Shown: positions 1 to 9,921, counted from the stretch's first letter. The stretch: DNA of 64,000 bases from a virus (IMGVR_UViG_3300046167_000553:693-64692), one strand, 5' to 3'. Notes: generated from the sequence alone by a model not told the origin. Translations and numbers: made by a program.

Positions 1-83
1 ACATAAGACACACCTGCTCCCGTCTCATCCAACAAAACGGTATAAGGAAAAGTCGTTGAGGACGTTATACTTACGCCGCTCAT
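1..83 (-). CDS. Partial ORF running off the window start (MSGVSITSSTTFPYTVLLDETGAGVSY...), probable structural protein
   Basis: ATG at 83, just after the stop of the 87..605 ORF; frame open to position 1. Confidence 0.55.
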   Translation of the reverse strand, partial: MSGVSITSSTTFPYTVLLDETGAGVSY

Positions 84-86
84 AGC

Positions 87-605
87 TTACCCCAGTTTTT
101 CTTTCAGTCGGCTTAGAGAAGCCTCTACAGAATCACGCTTAGCTACGAGTTTTTTAATTTCAGAATCTAAAGCCTTTTTCTCTTTAGAAAATCCCTCTTC
201 CAGCGCAGCTACTTTACTTCTGTAAACATCACTAAGCCCGTCTATTTGAGACTGTCTGCTACGTAAAGCTTTCTCAGTTTCAGCTTTAAGATTTGCGGTT
301 ACGCTGAGTGCATTAGCTGAGGCTTCACTAAGCGTAGTTTCCACTTCAGATAAGTCATTTAACGCTTCGGCTTTTTTAAGGTAAACCTCTTGTAACTTAT
401 CTTCAGCAATCTGCATGGACTTAGCTTTAGCAGCTAACTCTCGTTGGCAAACCTCTTCAATCTCCCTCAATCTATCCTCAGAAGAAGAGACAAGTTTTTC
501 GTAATCTTTTACCTTAGACGCAGCTTCAATTACAGCAGGTATGGCTTCGATAGCAGGGCCAAACGTCTCAGCGAACTTCTTAAGAGCGCTTTCGTTAATG
601 CTCAT
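87..605 (-). CDS. Coiled-coil hypothetical protein
   Basis: 172 aa, E/K/A/L-rich heptad pattern; coupled to the upstream ORF. Confidence 0.8.
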   Translation of the reverse strand: MSINESALKKFAETFGPAIEAIPAVIEAASKVKDYEKLVSSSEDRLREIEEVCQRELAAKAKSMQIAEDKLQEVYLKKAEALNDLSEVETTLSEASANALSVTANLKAETEKALRSRQSQIDGLSDVYRSKVAALEEGFSKEKKALDSEIKKLVAKRDSVEASLSRLKEKLG

Positions 606-931
606 TATACTGGCCCTCCTGATTGAATTACCGTCAAAGTAACATCGCCGCTAGCAATCGCAGATACATCTAGACGTACAGCAGTCACAGGGAACGCAAT
701 GTTTCCTGTTGCTGATGCCGCTCCACCTACACCCGCGATACTCGACCAGTTACCACTTGCAGGTGCGTATCCATTGGCATAAATATCATCAGTTGTGTAT
801 TGAGCGGCGTAAGTAACCGATACTCCGTTTACAAGAACATCGACAGTTACATTAGACGGACTAATGTAGTGGTCTAAAGGGATAGGATCGCTACTGGCAA
901 TCGAACTAACTGTTTTACGTATAGGTCGCAT
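605..931 (-). CDS. Small beta-rich virion protein
   Basis: 108 aa, S/T/G/V-rich, in the head operon. Confidence 0.75.
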   Translation of the reverse strand: MRPIRKTVSSIASSDPIPLDHYISPSNVTVDVLVNGVSVTYAAQYTTDDIYANGYAPASGNWSSIAGVGGAASATGNIAFPVTAVRLDVSAIASGDVTLTVIQSGGPV

Positions 932-943
932 TTAGACCCCCTA

Positions 944-1177
944 TTAAGACAGTGCAGCGCCAGAACAAACAAGCCAAGCTGATCCAGACCAAACAACAAC
1001 AGCGGTTTCGTCATTACCTACACCATTGTCAGTAACAACACGAAGAGTTCCGGTTGCTGCGTCTGTGATTGCGGTTGCTTCAGCCGTGGTTCCAACGGGC
1101 AGGGTTACAGCACCGCTTAAAGCGCCAGTAAAGCCACCTGCGGATACAATTGGGCCAGAAAAAGTAGTAGTTGCCAT
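944..1177 (-). CDS. Small virion protein (MATTTFSGP... type, downstream of the capsid gene)
   Basis: 77 aa ORF with GAGGA RBS; N-terminus typical of genes following this capsid class. Confidence 0.75.
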   Translation of the reverse strand: MATTTFSGPIVSAGGFTGALSGAVTLPVGTTAEATAITDAATGTLRVVTDNGVGNDETAVVVWSGSAWLVCSGAALS

Positions 1178-1182
1178 TGAGT

Positions 1183-1260
1183 TTTCCTCACATGCGAGTT
1201 AAGTATAACAGTCTGCATGTCGTCAGCCGGGACTGTCTGTTATACCGGAATGCCCGGAAC
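1183..1260 (-). ncRNA. Pseudoknotted structured RNA, candidate Mu-gpT-DE motif
   Basis: Minus-strand pairings GUAUAACAG/CUGUUAUAC, CCGGG/CCCGG and ACAUGC/GCAUGU; lies downstream of a Mu-gpT-like capsid gene, the context described for that motif. Confidence 0.6.
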
Positions 1261-1266
1261 TTACTA

Positions 1267-1295
1267 AGAGTACGTTATTTTGTGCTAAACAGCAA
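1267..1295 (-). promoter_or_regulatory. Sigma70-like promoter for the structured RNA and downstream genes
   Basis: Minus strand TTGCTG-17 bp-TACTCT. Confidence 0.5.
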
Positions 1296-1297
1296 AC

Positions 1298-1326
1298 AAA
1301 AAAAGGAGGCCGAAGCCCCCTTTTTC
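1298..1326 (-). terminator. Rho-independent terminator after the capsid gene (bidirectional shape)
   Basis: Minus strand GGGGGC-TTCG-GCCTCC followed by T7; a T-run on the other strand as well. Confidence 0.85.
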
Positions 1327-1340
1327 TACAAAGCTGAAAC

Positions 1341-2246
1341 TTAAGCTCCGGGCGAACCCCAGACAGCTAAAGGATCAGAAACACCAAACGAGTAACGCTC
1401 GCGGGCCTTGTAGCGGCTGTTGCCGGTATCAAAGTCGCCGTCCATTGAGGTCTGCATTGGCGTACGGACGAAGTGCTTAAGTCCGTTAGGAATGTCAGTC
1501 ATCAAGAACCATGCGTTAGTATCCGTCAGGTAATGGTTAATTGCATAACCTTCTGGGATAGAACCGTTACTCTTAAGAGCGTTCAGGTCATTATCCGCTG
1601 TTGCAACGCGACCTTCAGTTTCCAACAAGCGAGTTGCAACGAATTGCAATGCTGGTGGAACAATAAGCTTGCGAGGGCGAGCAGCAATTAACAAGCCGCG
1701 CTCGTCAGTCCACTGTGAAATCTGAATAACAGCAGCTTCCAAAGAAGTCTCATTCAGGTCAGCAGCAACCGTGGGGCGGTTAGAGTTAGTGCCACCGCTA
1801 ATCAGCGGGTGAGCAGTTGAACATAAGGTAGTACCGTCACCGTAGTTCACACCAGAAAAAGCGTTGTTCAATACTGACGCAGCTTTAACTTGCTTGGTGT
1901 AAGCCATTGCGCGAGCAAGTGCCTTGGTGTAGCGAGCAGAGAGAGAATCATAAAGATTATCTTCCATCGCCTCTTCAGTAATACTGAAGCCCATTGCAAC
2001 TGTTTCGTGCACATAACGAGCAGTCCACGCTTCTTGAGCATTATCATACTCAATGGCGGAACCTTCGTCTTTAACGGGAGCAGCGCTGAAACCGGACAAC
2101 TTGGTTTCTTCTTCAAATGAACGATCTGAGGATTCAGTCTCGAACATCTGCTTATGCTCTTCTTCATACTTAGAATACTCCATACCGAAAAGAGCGTTTA
2201 GCCCCGGCAAGAGTTCCTTTAGTAGTTGGGCGCGTGAAATAGCCAT
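1341..2246 (-). CDS. Major capsid protein (Mu gpT-like / HTVC010P-type)
   Basis: 301 aa; MAISRAQLLKELLPGLNALFG and C-terminal GDFDTGN.RYKARERYSFG..DP motifs; AAGGAG RBS; followed by a terminator. Confidence 0.92.
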   Translation of the reverse strand: MAISRAQLLKELLPGLNALFGMEYSKYEEEHKQMFETESSDRSFEEETKLSGFSAAPVKDEGSAIEYDNAQEAWTARYVHETVAMGFSITEEAMEDNLYDSLSARYTKALARAMAYTKQVKAASVLNNAFSGVNYGDGTTLCSTAHPLISGGTNSNRPTVAADLNETSLEAAVIQISQWTDERGLLIAARPRKLIVPPALQFVATRLLETEGRVATADNDLNALKSNGSIPEGYAINHYLTDTNAWFLMTDIPNGLKHFVRTPMQTSMDGDFDTGNSRYKARERYSFGVSDPLAVWGSPGA

Positions 2247-2258
2247 TAGTCAGTCTCC

Positions 2259-2855
2259 TTAAACGCCAGTTGTGTTGGTGTATTGATGACCAGCGTTCCA
2301 CTTAACCAACGCTTCGGTGAAGCCACCTGAAGAGTCTTTAGTCTCTTCAACGAAAGCTACGACCTTAACAGGCAGAGTGGCAGTTGTGGCAGTTGAATCA
2401 AGAACTGCTACGCTAGACTTACCGGTTGCGGTGTCACCAGAGTTGTCTACCAACTGAGCGTTACCGCCCAAATCAGTTTGCGCCATTGAGCCAATGGTAG
2501 TACCAGAGGAAACAACAGCTACCTTAAAGACAACGTTAGGATCGTCTACAACGTAAGCTACAATGTCAGACGCTACGGTATTTGCAGGGAGGTACTGACT
2601 GTGAATCGTGTACTTGAGTACAGGATCAGTGTAAGAACAACCTACAAAAATACCAATTACGTCCATTTGAGCATCGGCTGCTTCACGTACGACTGTTCCG
2701 GTTGAACCGTCAATTTTGACAGCATCACCATTGAAGATCGAAGTGTTGTAGCCACTTGCTACTTTAATCTGGCGGGTTGCGCCAGCGTACGGCATACCGT
2801 CTAGACGGTTTACCGGTACAAGCCCAGAAGGGGCTTCGATAGCGGGATAAGCCAT
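2259..2855 (-). CDS. Capsid-associated (decoration/cement-like) protein
   Basis: 198 aa, beta-rich, immediately upstream of the capsid gene. Confidence 0.7.
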   Translation of the reverse strand: MAYPAIEAPSGLVPVNRLDGMPYAGATRQIKVASGYNTSIFNGDAVKIDGSTGTVVREAADAQMDVIGIFVGCSYTDPVLKYTIHSQYLPANTVASDIVAYVVDDPNVVFKVAVVSSGTTIGSMAQTDLGGNAQLVDNSGDTATGKSSVAVLDSTATTATLPVKVVAFVEETKDSSGGFTEALVKWNAGHQYTNTTGV

Positions 2856-2867
2856 TTTTGACTCCTA

Positions 2868-3338
2868 TTAATTCCCAGACCCGAAAGTGACCTTAGACTT
2901 TCTCTCGTTAAAGAGAGGCATCCTAGCGTCATTTTCGCGCATTAAGTTGTTGTCAACAGAGTTAATTTGAGCTTGAGTCTGATCATTATAATAATCAGTT
3001 CGCTCAGTGACCATCTCTTGTGGAGCCTTGCACAGCATTAAGCCGCCCATTACAACGTTGTCCTTGAAACGCGAGTTTTCAACAACACCGCCCGTATACA
3101 GCTCCATTTCTGGATGATCTGCGCTTTTTACAGGTGTCCATCCTTCACGGATTTTCGCTGAAACATTGGTAGGATCAGGTTGATTGTTTGTGCTAACACG
3201 CACCCAATGAAAAGCCCAGCCTTCTTGGGGGTCAGGGGTAGGTAATACCTCTGGCTTACGCCAAGCTTGCTTTCTAGCTCCAGACTCTCGCGTTTCAACT
3301 TTGCGAGAATTGCGATTTTGTCGTGTTGAATCAACCAT
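2868..3338 (-). CDS. Conserved head-module protein
   Basis: 156 aa with WVR..T...D..N...K.REGW.PV and GGLMLCK motifs typical of this phage class. Confidence 0.8.
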   Translation of the reverse strand: MVDSTRQNRNSRKVETRESGARKQAWRKPEVLPTPDPQEGWAFHWVRVSTNNQPDPTNVSAKIREGWTPVKSADHPEMELYTGGVVENSRFKDNVVMGGLMLCKAPQEMVTERTDYYNDQTQAQINSVDNNLMRENDARMPLFNERKSKVTFGSGN

Positions 3339-4335
3339 TTTTAGCCTTCCTTATTTCATTAGCAACCTGTTTGGCGTATAAATCTATGGGGACTCCTAGC
3401 CGCTTAGCAATTGCTATTTGGCTTTTTTCCAACTTAACTTTTTTTGGTGCGCGGCTACGAGTAGCCGGTGCTACGTTGGTCTGGGACTTTTTGGTTTCAG
3501 ACGACTCCCCAAAGTAATCTGAAAACACTTCCCGCATACGGGAATTTATTTTCCCGTAGTACTCTTCACTTTTTGGATCGAACCCGCTTTTAACAAGTTT
3601 TTGATGCAGACCCAAAGCGAAGCTAGTCATTTCATCGTCGCTTCCGAACCAAGGGTTATCACTAGCCCAGTCTTCTGCTTTTTCATCCCTAACCGGTAAC
3701 TCCGCAGGTTGTGGATTTGATGAACTTTGCAAGTTCTCTTTTACACTATTATCTTCTTTTTGTAAAGGAGTTTTGATGTTCTCTACCCTTGCGTGCTTCA
3801 ATCTAGCACTGGATAGCTTTTCTTCTGCCGCCATGACCTTATCTGTATCACCGCTTTCATAGGCAGCAGCATATTCACGTTTTGCCGTCTCTATCTCTGT
3901 AGTTAGCATTCGCTTAACTTGTTCAATGATAGCGCTTCGACTTTTACCTACAGAAGTTTTTAAGGTCTTGTTCTCTTCTATAAGCTTCTTAGTGTAGTCC
4001 TCAAGTGCGACTCTTTCCCGGAGAGCAGCTTCTTTAGCTCTTCGCTCGTCATGGTAACCCTTACTAAAATGCTTGATCCTGTTAGCCACTTTCTCAGAGT
4101 AGTTTTCCAACTCTTCATCAGTCACATCTTCAGGTGGCGTTTTAGAGGGCTTGCGTCCTCTGTCTTCTACAGGGGTGTCGTCAACTACTTCAATTTCAAA
4201 TTCATCCTCAGCCTGTGTGCTATGGCTGGGCATGTTAATGGTTTCAGCACTAGACGGTTCAAGCTCAATTTCAATCTCAGAAGGATCGTCTTTGGCTTCA
4301 TGTGGAAAATTATATTTAACCTCTTCAAAAGGCAT
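3331..4335 (-). CDS. Capsid scaffolding protein (putative)
   Basis: 334 aa, acidic N-terminus, coiled coil, NPWFG and AKRLGVP..YAK C-terminus; position between portal and capsid genes. Confidence 0.75.
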   Translation of the reverse strand: MPFEEVKYNFPHEAKDDPSEIEIELEPSSAETINMPSHSTQAEDEFEIEVVDDTPVEDRGRKPSKTPPEDVTDEELENYSEKVANRIKHFSKGYHDERRAKEAALRERVALEDYTKKLIEENKTLKTSVGKSRSAIIEQVKRMLTTEIETAKREYAAAYESGDTDKVMAAEEKLSSARLKHARVENIKTPLQKEDNSVKENLQSSSNPQPAELPVRDEKAEDWASDNPWFGSDDEMTSFALGLHQKLVKSGFDPKSEEYYGKINSRMREVFSDYFGESSETKKSQTNVAPATRSRAPKKVKLEKSQIAIAKRLGVPIDLYAKQVANEIRKAKNG

Positions 4336-4345
4336 GGGCTACTCC

Positions 4346-4732
4346 TTAGACAGTAGTGACAGCAGTGGGGTTTTCGACAACAGCTTCAATGCTGTCATCA
4401 TTCATTAGGCGGAACTCCTTACCCTTAACTTTAAATCGGGTTCCAGAGTTTGAGCGAAACATTACGTAATCGCCCTCTTTACACCAAGCTCCGTTCGGAA
4501 ATCGGGAAGTATCGCTATAGGCTTCACCGCCCATATCAACAACCAGACCAACCATCGACAAGATAGACTCGTGATGAATGGTTGTATTGGATTTCAAGAT
4601 ACCGCTGCTAAAAGTCTCTTCGACTTCAGGCATAGCTATCAAAACGTGATACCCCACAGGTTTGGGAATGTCAGCCTCCAATACAGCTTCTTTCGGCTTA
4701 GGTGTTAAGTCCAACTTAATTGCGTCACTCAT
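4346..4732 (-). CDS. groES: GroES-like co-chaperonin
   Basis: P.GYHVLI, SGIL, WCKEGDYVMF, G.EFRLMNDD.I.AVV; probable start ATG 4732. Confidence 0.85.
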   Translation of the reverse strand: MSDAIKLDLTPKPKEAVLEADIPKPVGYHVLIAMPEVEETFSSGILKSNTTIHHESILSMVGLVVDMGGEAYSDTSRFPNGAWCKEGDYVMFRSNSGTRFKVKGKEFRLMNDDSIEAVVENPTAVTTV

Positions 4733-4922
4733 TATCTGAGTCCTCATAGTTTCGCGAGAGGTCTTCAATAGTCCTTATTGCGTACTCCAGACCTCGTATA
4801 GAGCCGCAGGATTCTTTATATTCTTCATAGCTAGAAAGCGTGCCTTTACTCATGGCTTCTTTGATTCTTTCTTGCTGCTGCTGACAATCAGCGACTAATA
4901 CTTGGAAAACAGACTTAGACAT
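4725..4922 (-). CDS. Hypothetical protein
   Basis: 65 aa with YEEYK..CG.IRGL motif, between portal and GroES. Confidence 0.75.
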   Translation of the reverse strand: MSKSVFQVLVADCQQQQERIKEAMSKGTLSSYEEYKESCGSIRGLEYAIRTIEDLSRNYEDSDNE

Positions 4923-7365
4923 TATTATTTCCTAGTAGTCCTTGTACTTGTTGGAGACGGAGCCTTGCTCGTTCAAATTCTTCCTCAGAAGCTAAAGAAC
5001 GTTGCTCCATTTGGTACTTAAGCGCCATCTCTTCCTGCTCAAGCTCAAGCCTTTGTTGCTCGGTAATAGACTTAACTTGGTCATTCGTTTCTTTACGCTG
5101 CTGCTCTCGCAACTTGAGTAGCTGATTGTCTTGCTGAGTCTTCTCTTTCAACATCTGCTCACGATCCTTACGGGCCGCGTCTTGTTGCTGAAGTTGAATG
5201 AGTGGGTCTTGCTGCTTAGCTTGGTTTTGCTGAGCTTGCATTTCCTGCTTCTTCTGCTCGGTTATCTGCATGGAAGCGTCTGCCAGTAGACGAGAAAGCT
5301 GAAGTTCAATCTCTTCAGGCATTTGCTCATCAGGCGGTGGTAACTCAACGCCCATCTTGGCTTCAATCTCGGCCCTGTACTTAAACGCTACGTGTTCCGT
5401 AATGTGCGCTTGCAACGACGACATAATCTGCGGCGTCATTGGGTTTTGACCAATAGCTTGCATGATTTGAGGGTTCTGCATCATGCTCGTATGGGTGGCA
5501 ATGTGAGCATCGTGGTCTTGATAAACAAACGCTTTGATAGGCTTACCTACCATAGCTGCCATGTTTTCACTTACGGGGTCTTTAGGTATGTGATCCTCTG
5601 TAAGCGGTATGATCTTGTCAGCGTTTTTAATACCAATAACATCAACCATTTGCCGGTGAAGCTGAGGCAGGTCATAGATTTGTGGAGCAGACTGTGCCAT
5701 TTGCATAACGGCTTGGTATTGAACAACCTTTTGAGCCATTGTCGCGCTGTTTGGATCACTAACAGGGATCACATCAACCGTAAGATAGTCAGACTTACGC
5801 GCTTTTTGTTCACCAGTGCTAGGTAAAAAGTCATAGTTATCTTGCGACCTGTCAGCGATCAAGTCCTTGATCAGCCTAAACTCCGTCTTCATGGCATAGT
5901 GCACACGAGACTGAACAGCGGTCATTGGCTTAAGCGTTCGCTCAAGTAGAGCTAGCGTTGTACCAACAGGTGCGTTTGCCGACATATCAGAAATATCTAT
6001 ATCTGAAATAGCGCCAAGCCTTCGACCTTCATTGGTGATTTTGTCCAGCAAAGCGAGCAATGTCTGACTAGGCTCTTTGTACGGGAGAGGCATTAAGTTC
6101 TCCCTAAGACTTCCAGAGGTAACATCAACGTCCTTCCACTCGCCGGGGGCAATTGGAGTGTCATCGCCGCGCACCCTCAAGTCTCGGGTTTTTAGACCCC
6201 CCGGCAAGTTAGCTAGCGTACCCGCGTCTACTAGCTGTCGGATCAGGCTGGTTCCAGCACGAGCATATCCCCCGATAATGTGGATCAGACCTAATCCATA
6301 AAAACCAAAACCTTGAGAGTAAACGTAATGGACAAAGTGCTGTCTTCGCTTGTATAGCGTGTCACCTTCTTCCCAGTTACGGTAGATAGCAAGAATCTCG
6401 TTGCTGCTAGTGTCTATAGTAACGATGTACGGCTTAACTTGGTTGTCGTCAGCGTCTATATCGTCAAAGGCTAGGTCAACGTGCACCTCAAACAGAGTGT
6501 GACGCCCATCCTCATTAATACTAAAACCGTCTGCTTCCGCCTTCTTCTCATCTATATCAGTCGTATAGGGGGCTGCATCGCCAAGATCAATGTCTCTATA
6601 GAACCCAGCTTGCATTAGGCGATCAACTTCGTTTGTCGTCTTACGCATAATGTGAGTTATGCGCTCTGCGTTTTTCAGATTGGACGCACCGTAGGGGACA
6701 ACAATTTCCTCAGCGGGGACGTACATCGCAACTTGCCGTGCAACGGTATCGTCGTAGTAGACCTTCTTGAACGCACTGCCGCTAAGACCCAGACTGTAAA
6801 GCATTCGCTCATGCTCACTCCGGTACTCGTCCATGACCTCAGTAAGCTGGTAGTTCATATCGGACTTAACACGTTCCGCAGCTTCGCGTGTTTCTTTGTC
6901 TTCGATACCAATAATTTTTGTCTTTACAGGCCCACTGGCGGGAAACGTCTCTGCCATTGTTTCCGCTTGGAAACGAATAGCCGCCTCACTTAAGAGGCTG
7001 GAGTAGACCCCACAAGCGCCGTCCCAAGGTTCTCCACGTTCCTCATGTTTAATTCCTAGTAAGTCTAAACCTTCGACAAAAGTATCTGACCATTCTTTAC
7101 GGCTAGTTATGTCAGATTCCACATCGCCAACAATCTCATCACCCAGCGATTGAAGTACGTCCTCTGAAACAAACTCAGCTAAGTTGGCCTCAAAGGGGAT
7201 ATTTTCAGCCATCATGCTGTCAGGAATTAGCGCAATTTCCATGCCACCATCGTCCAACATAACAGCGTCAGGCGTCTCAATTTCAATCTCAATATCCGTA
7301 TCCATCGAAGGCATTAAATCCCCCAGACCCATCGGCGCTTCGTATAAGCCTTTTTCAATAGCCAT
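4915..7365 (-). CDS. Portal protein
   Basis: 816 aa after TerL; EPWDGACGV, GSAFKKVYYD, GFGFYGLGLIH, Q-rich C-terminal coil. Confidence 0.9.
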   Translation of the reverse strand: MAIEKGLYEAPMGLGDLMPSMDTDIEIEIETPDAVMLDDGGMEIALIPDSMMAENIPFEANLAEFVSEDVLQSLGDEIVGDVESDITSRKEWSDTFVEGLDLLGIKHEERGEPWDGACGVYSSLLSEAAIRFQAETMAETFPASGPVKTKIIGIEDKETREAAERVKSDMNYQLTEVMDEYRSEHERMLYSLGLSGSAFKKVYYDDTVARQVAMYVPAEEIVVPYGASNLKNAERITHIMRKTTNEVDRLMQAGFYRDIDLGDAAPYTTDIDEKKAEADGFSINEDGRHTLFEVHVDLAFDDIDADDNQVKPYIVTIDTSSNEILAIYRNWEEGDTLYKRRQHFVHYVYSQGFGFYGLGLIHIIGGYARAGTSLIRQLVDAGTLANLPGGLKTRDLRVRGDDTPIAPGEWKDVDVTSGSLRENLMPLPYKEPSQTLLALLDKITNEGRRLGAISDIDISDMSANAPVGTTLALLERTLKPMTAVQSRVHYAMKTEFRLIKDLIADRSQDNYDFLPSTGEQKARKSDYLTVDVIPVSDPNSATMAQKVVQYQAVMQMAQSAPQIYDLPQLHRQMVDVIGIKNADKIIPLTEDHIPKDPVSENMAAMVGKPIKAFVYQDHDAHIATHTSMMQNPQIMQAIGQNPMTPQIMSSLQAHITEHVAFKYRAEIEAKMGVELPPPDEQMPEEIELQLSRLLADASMQITEQKKQEMQAQQNQAKQQDPLIQLQQQDAARKDREQMLKEKTQQDNQLLKLREQQRKETNDQVKSITEQQRLELEQEEMALKYQMEQRSLASEEEFERARLRLQQVQGLLGNNNV

Positions 7366-8915
7366 TAGTAGTATCCACCTTTACGCCGTTTAAAGTATTG
7401 AGTCTCTTCCGCTTCATCAGTGGGGAGGCGTATAAACCCACCTTGTCGGAAACGCATTAGAGCCATTACGGTTGAATCCACTCGGTCATCGTTCGACCCA
7501 AAAGGAAAGGCAGCGACTTCTTCAACTAGCTCGTCTGCCCAACGTGTTTCAGGAACCCACACCATACCTGATGATACTATATCGCTAACAGAATTTAACC
7601 TTGCTAGCTTATCACCCGTGCCACGGTGGGGCGTATACTCAGAAACAGGCAACCCTGCTCTACGCATTTCTTGATAAATCGCTGTACCTGCGCTCTTTTT
7701 CTCTACGATAAAGGCGTCAGGTTCCCAGTCTTCATAGTTAGCCATACACATCTGTTTAAGCTCTGGGAACTCGTACCGTTCACAAATACTGTTTAACAGG
7801 ATGATGTGGTATGCATCTTCTTGATCGTTAAAGAACACACCCCAAGTTGTCAATGATGTGAAGTCAGCACGGTTATGCTTCTCGGCGGCGGCGTCCAACG
7901 ACATGATGACGTATTCACAAGAGGGTGGGTTCTCGGCTCGCCAGCGTTGCCACCAATGGCGTTTTATGAGCGCAGCCTCTTCGGCGGTGGGGTTCTGTTG
8001 ATACTGAGCGTTCCACTGGAACACCGGCATACTTTCACGCGTACGGTGCAATGCCTTAAGATCAAAGAACTCAGGCCACAGAGGCACTTCCTTCTCTTTA
8101 CCCTTACGATCTACGCTAAGAATCGCTGGAAACTCTACAATCTCGTACTGATCAATGTCTTCGTTTTTCGCCATATCCCGCGTTAGTCGGCCTGTTAGGT
8201 CATCCAAGTGCCAACGTGTATGTACAATAGCGACTCGACCTCCGGGCATAAGACGCGTTCTTGCGCCATAACGGAACCAGTCGTACGCTTTGTCAAAAAT
8301 TTCGTAGTTACCGTTGAGGATTTCTTGCTCGTTGTGCGGGTCATCGACCAGTAGCAGATCAGCACCTCGTCCTGCCAAGGCTGAGCCAACGCCCGTTGCG
8401 TAGAACTCGCCACCGTGGTCTGTGTTCCAGCGTCCCGCTGATTTAGAATCGGACGCGAGCTTCACATCTTTAAAAATATCACGGTAAGCATCACTTGCGA
8501 TGATGTTTCGTACCTTTCGGCCAAAGTCCACAGCAAGGTCAGCCGTGTGCGAAATCAGCATAACTTTCTTGTCAGGGTTTCGACCCAAGAACCAAGCGGG
8601 ATAATAGGTCGATGTAAGCACAGACTTTCCGTGACGAGGGGGCATATTGATGCAAACACGATCTTTCGCTCCAGACTCGGTTGCCATGAGCATATCGGCA
8701 AGCTTCCGGTGATGCTTACCGACAAGATAATCATTTTGCATGTGCTTACAAAACTCAATCAAATCATCCTTACAGCTTTGTACATAGTCCCTTCTCTGTA
8801 ATTCATCAACCATTCGGTTGATTTCTTCTATCTCAGCCTCAGTATACTTATCGAGGTTGTTTAACATTATCTGAAGCTCAAGCTTCGTGAATGGCAGACC
8901 TTCACTCACTGTCAA
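7365..8915 (-). CDS. terL: Terminase large subunit
   Basis: Walker A PPRHGKS, Walker B LLVDDP, TRWH, nuclease C-terminus FP.G..DD.VDS. Confidence 0.95.
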   Translation of the reverse strand: MTVSEGLPFTKLELQIMLNNLDKYTEAEIEEINRMVDELQRRDYVQSCKDDLIEFCKHMQNDYLVGKHHRKLADMLMATESGAKDRVCINMPPRHGKSVLTSTYYPAWFLGRNPDKKVMLISHTADLAVDFGRKVRNIIASDAYRDIFKDVKLASDSKSAGRWNTDHGGEFYATGVGSALAGRGADLLLVDDPHNEQEILNGNYEIFDKAYDWFRYGARTRLMPGGRVAIVHTRWHLDDLTGRLTRDMAKNEDIDQYEIVEFPAILSVDRKGKEKEVPLWPEFFDLKALHRTRESMPVFQWNAQYQQNPTAEEAALIKRHWWQRWRAENPPSCEYVIMSLDAAAEKHNRADFTSLTTWGVFFNDQEDAYHIILLNSICERYEFPELKQMCMANYEDWEPDAFIVEKKSAGTAIYQEMRRAGLPVSEYTPHRGTGDKLARLNSVSDIVSSGMVWVPETRWADELVEEVAAFPFGSNDDRVDSTVMALMRFRQGGFIRLPTDEAEETQYFKRRKGGYY

Positions 8916-9465
8916 TTATAACCGCGTCTTCTATGTCATCTAGCGTTTCATCACCCACTAGCTTAGACAATTTGTTGCGTAAACTTTCTCGTAACTCGTC
9001 ACTGGTCTGGTGGGTCACGGTTATCTCGCGTTTTTCGGAAAACAAGCCCACATCAGAAATCTTACCTAGCAACTCCAATGCGCGTAACCGCACCTTGGCA
9101 TCGTCATGTTCGCTCTCCAGTAACAACTTGTTGGTAATAAGGTTACGAATCTTCACAGAGTCGGTAACAACTAGTCGTCCGAACTCATCTAATATGTTAC
9201 CGACGAGTATCATAGAACTCGGTGTCATAGAACTCATGCGCTGGTCGTTAACTTCTTTTGAAATTTTGTGAGGGTCTTCGGCGTAGCTACCGGCAAGTGT
9301 TGCAGCTAGCTCGTGATCAGCGTCGGTGAGGTTTGCAATGTCCAACCCGTACATCTCTAGCTGTTGGGCAGTCGCACAGGCAGCTTCAATCCGCTCTTTC
9401 AGGTCTAGATACCCGAGGTCATCAGGTATTTCCACGCCCAGTTCAGGGACTACCTCTATTGTCAT
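8902..9465 (-). CDS. Terminase small subunit (putative)
   Basis: 187 aa directly upstream of TerL; RLRALELLGKISDVGLF motif. Confidence 0.7.
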   Translation of the reverse strand: MTIEVVPELGVEIPDDLGYLDLKERIEAACATAQQLEMYGLDIANLTDADHELAATLAGSYAEDPHKISKEVNDQRMSSMTPSSMILVGNILDEFGRLVVTDSVKIRNLITNKLLLESEHDDAKVRLRALELLGKISDVGLFSEKREITVTHQTSDELRESLRNKLSKLVGDETLDDIEDAVIIDSE

Positions 9466-9503
9466 ACTAAATTTTTCGCAGGTTGTTCACCGATTCCAGT
9501 GAG

Positions 9504-9532
9504 TATATAGCAAAAATTATAGAAAGAGTAAA
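9504..9532 (-). promoter_or_regulatory. Possible promoter of the packaging/head operon
   Basis: Minus strand TTTACT-17 bp-TATATA with extended -10 TG. Confidence 0.35.
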
Positions 9533-9900
9533 GTAGTTAGGAGTCCCATAGGGGGGTACTTCCATATAAGAGGGGGTAGGTGCATCCCCCACCCCTGCGG
9601 AGCAGCCTCTTCCGCGAAATTTTTTATGGCCGACAGCATAACCTACTAGGGTCGCATCCGTTTTGAGAAAAATCGTAATCATTCGTCTGGAATAGTAATA
9701 GTAGATAGTAGATACAAAATTTGTATATCGCGGGGGTCGGTATACCGTGGGTTGCCCCGCGCCCCCTATATCGGGCTGGAGTCCCTACGTCCCAAGCGTT
9801 ACAGTAACAGGTTATGATAAAGTCGGCGATGTTGTTGTAAATGGTTGGCTGTTGTGAGTTAATGATCTCACTGGCGGCGCAGACTGCCAGTGTCATATAA

Positions 9901-9921
9901 AGTTATACATTTGGTATAACT
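9901..9921. repeat. Palindrome copy 1, AGTTATAC-ATTTG-GTATAACT
   Basis: Exact arms; ends 26 bp upstream of ORF 9948. Confidence 0.9.

Noticed and set aside
1183-1260. CUGACGA in the capsid-downstream RNA as a hammerhead core
   Set aside because: No correctly placed GAAA after a stem II; the topology does not fit
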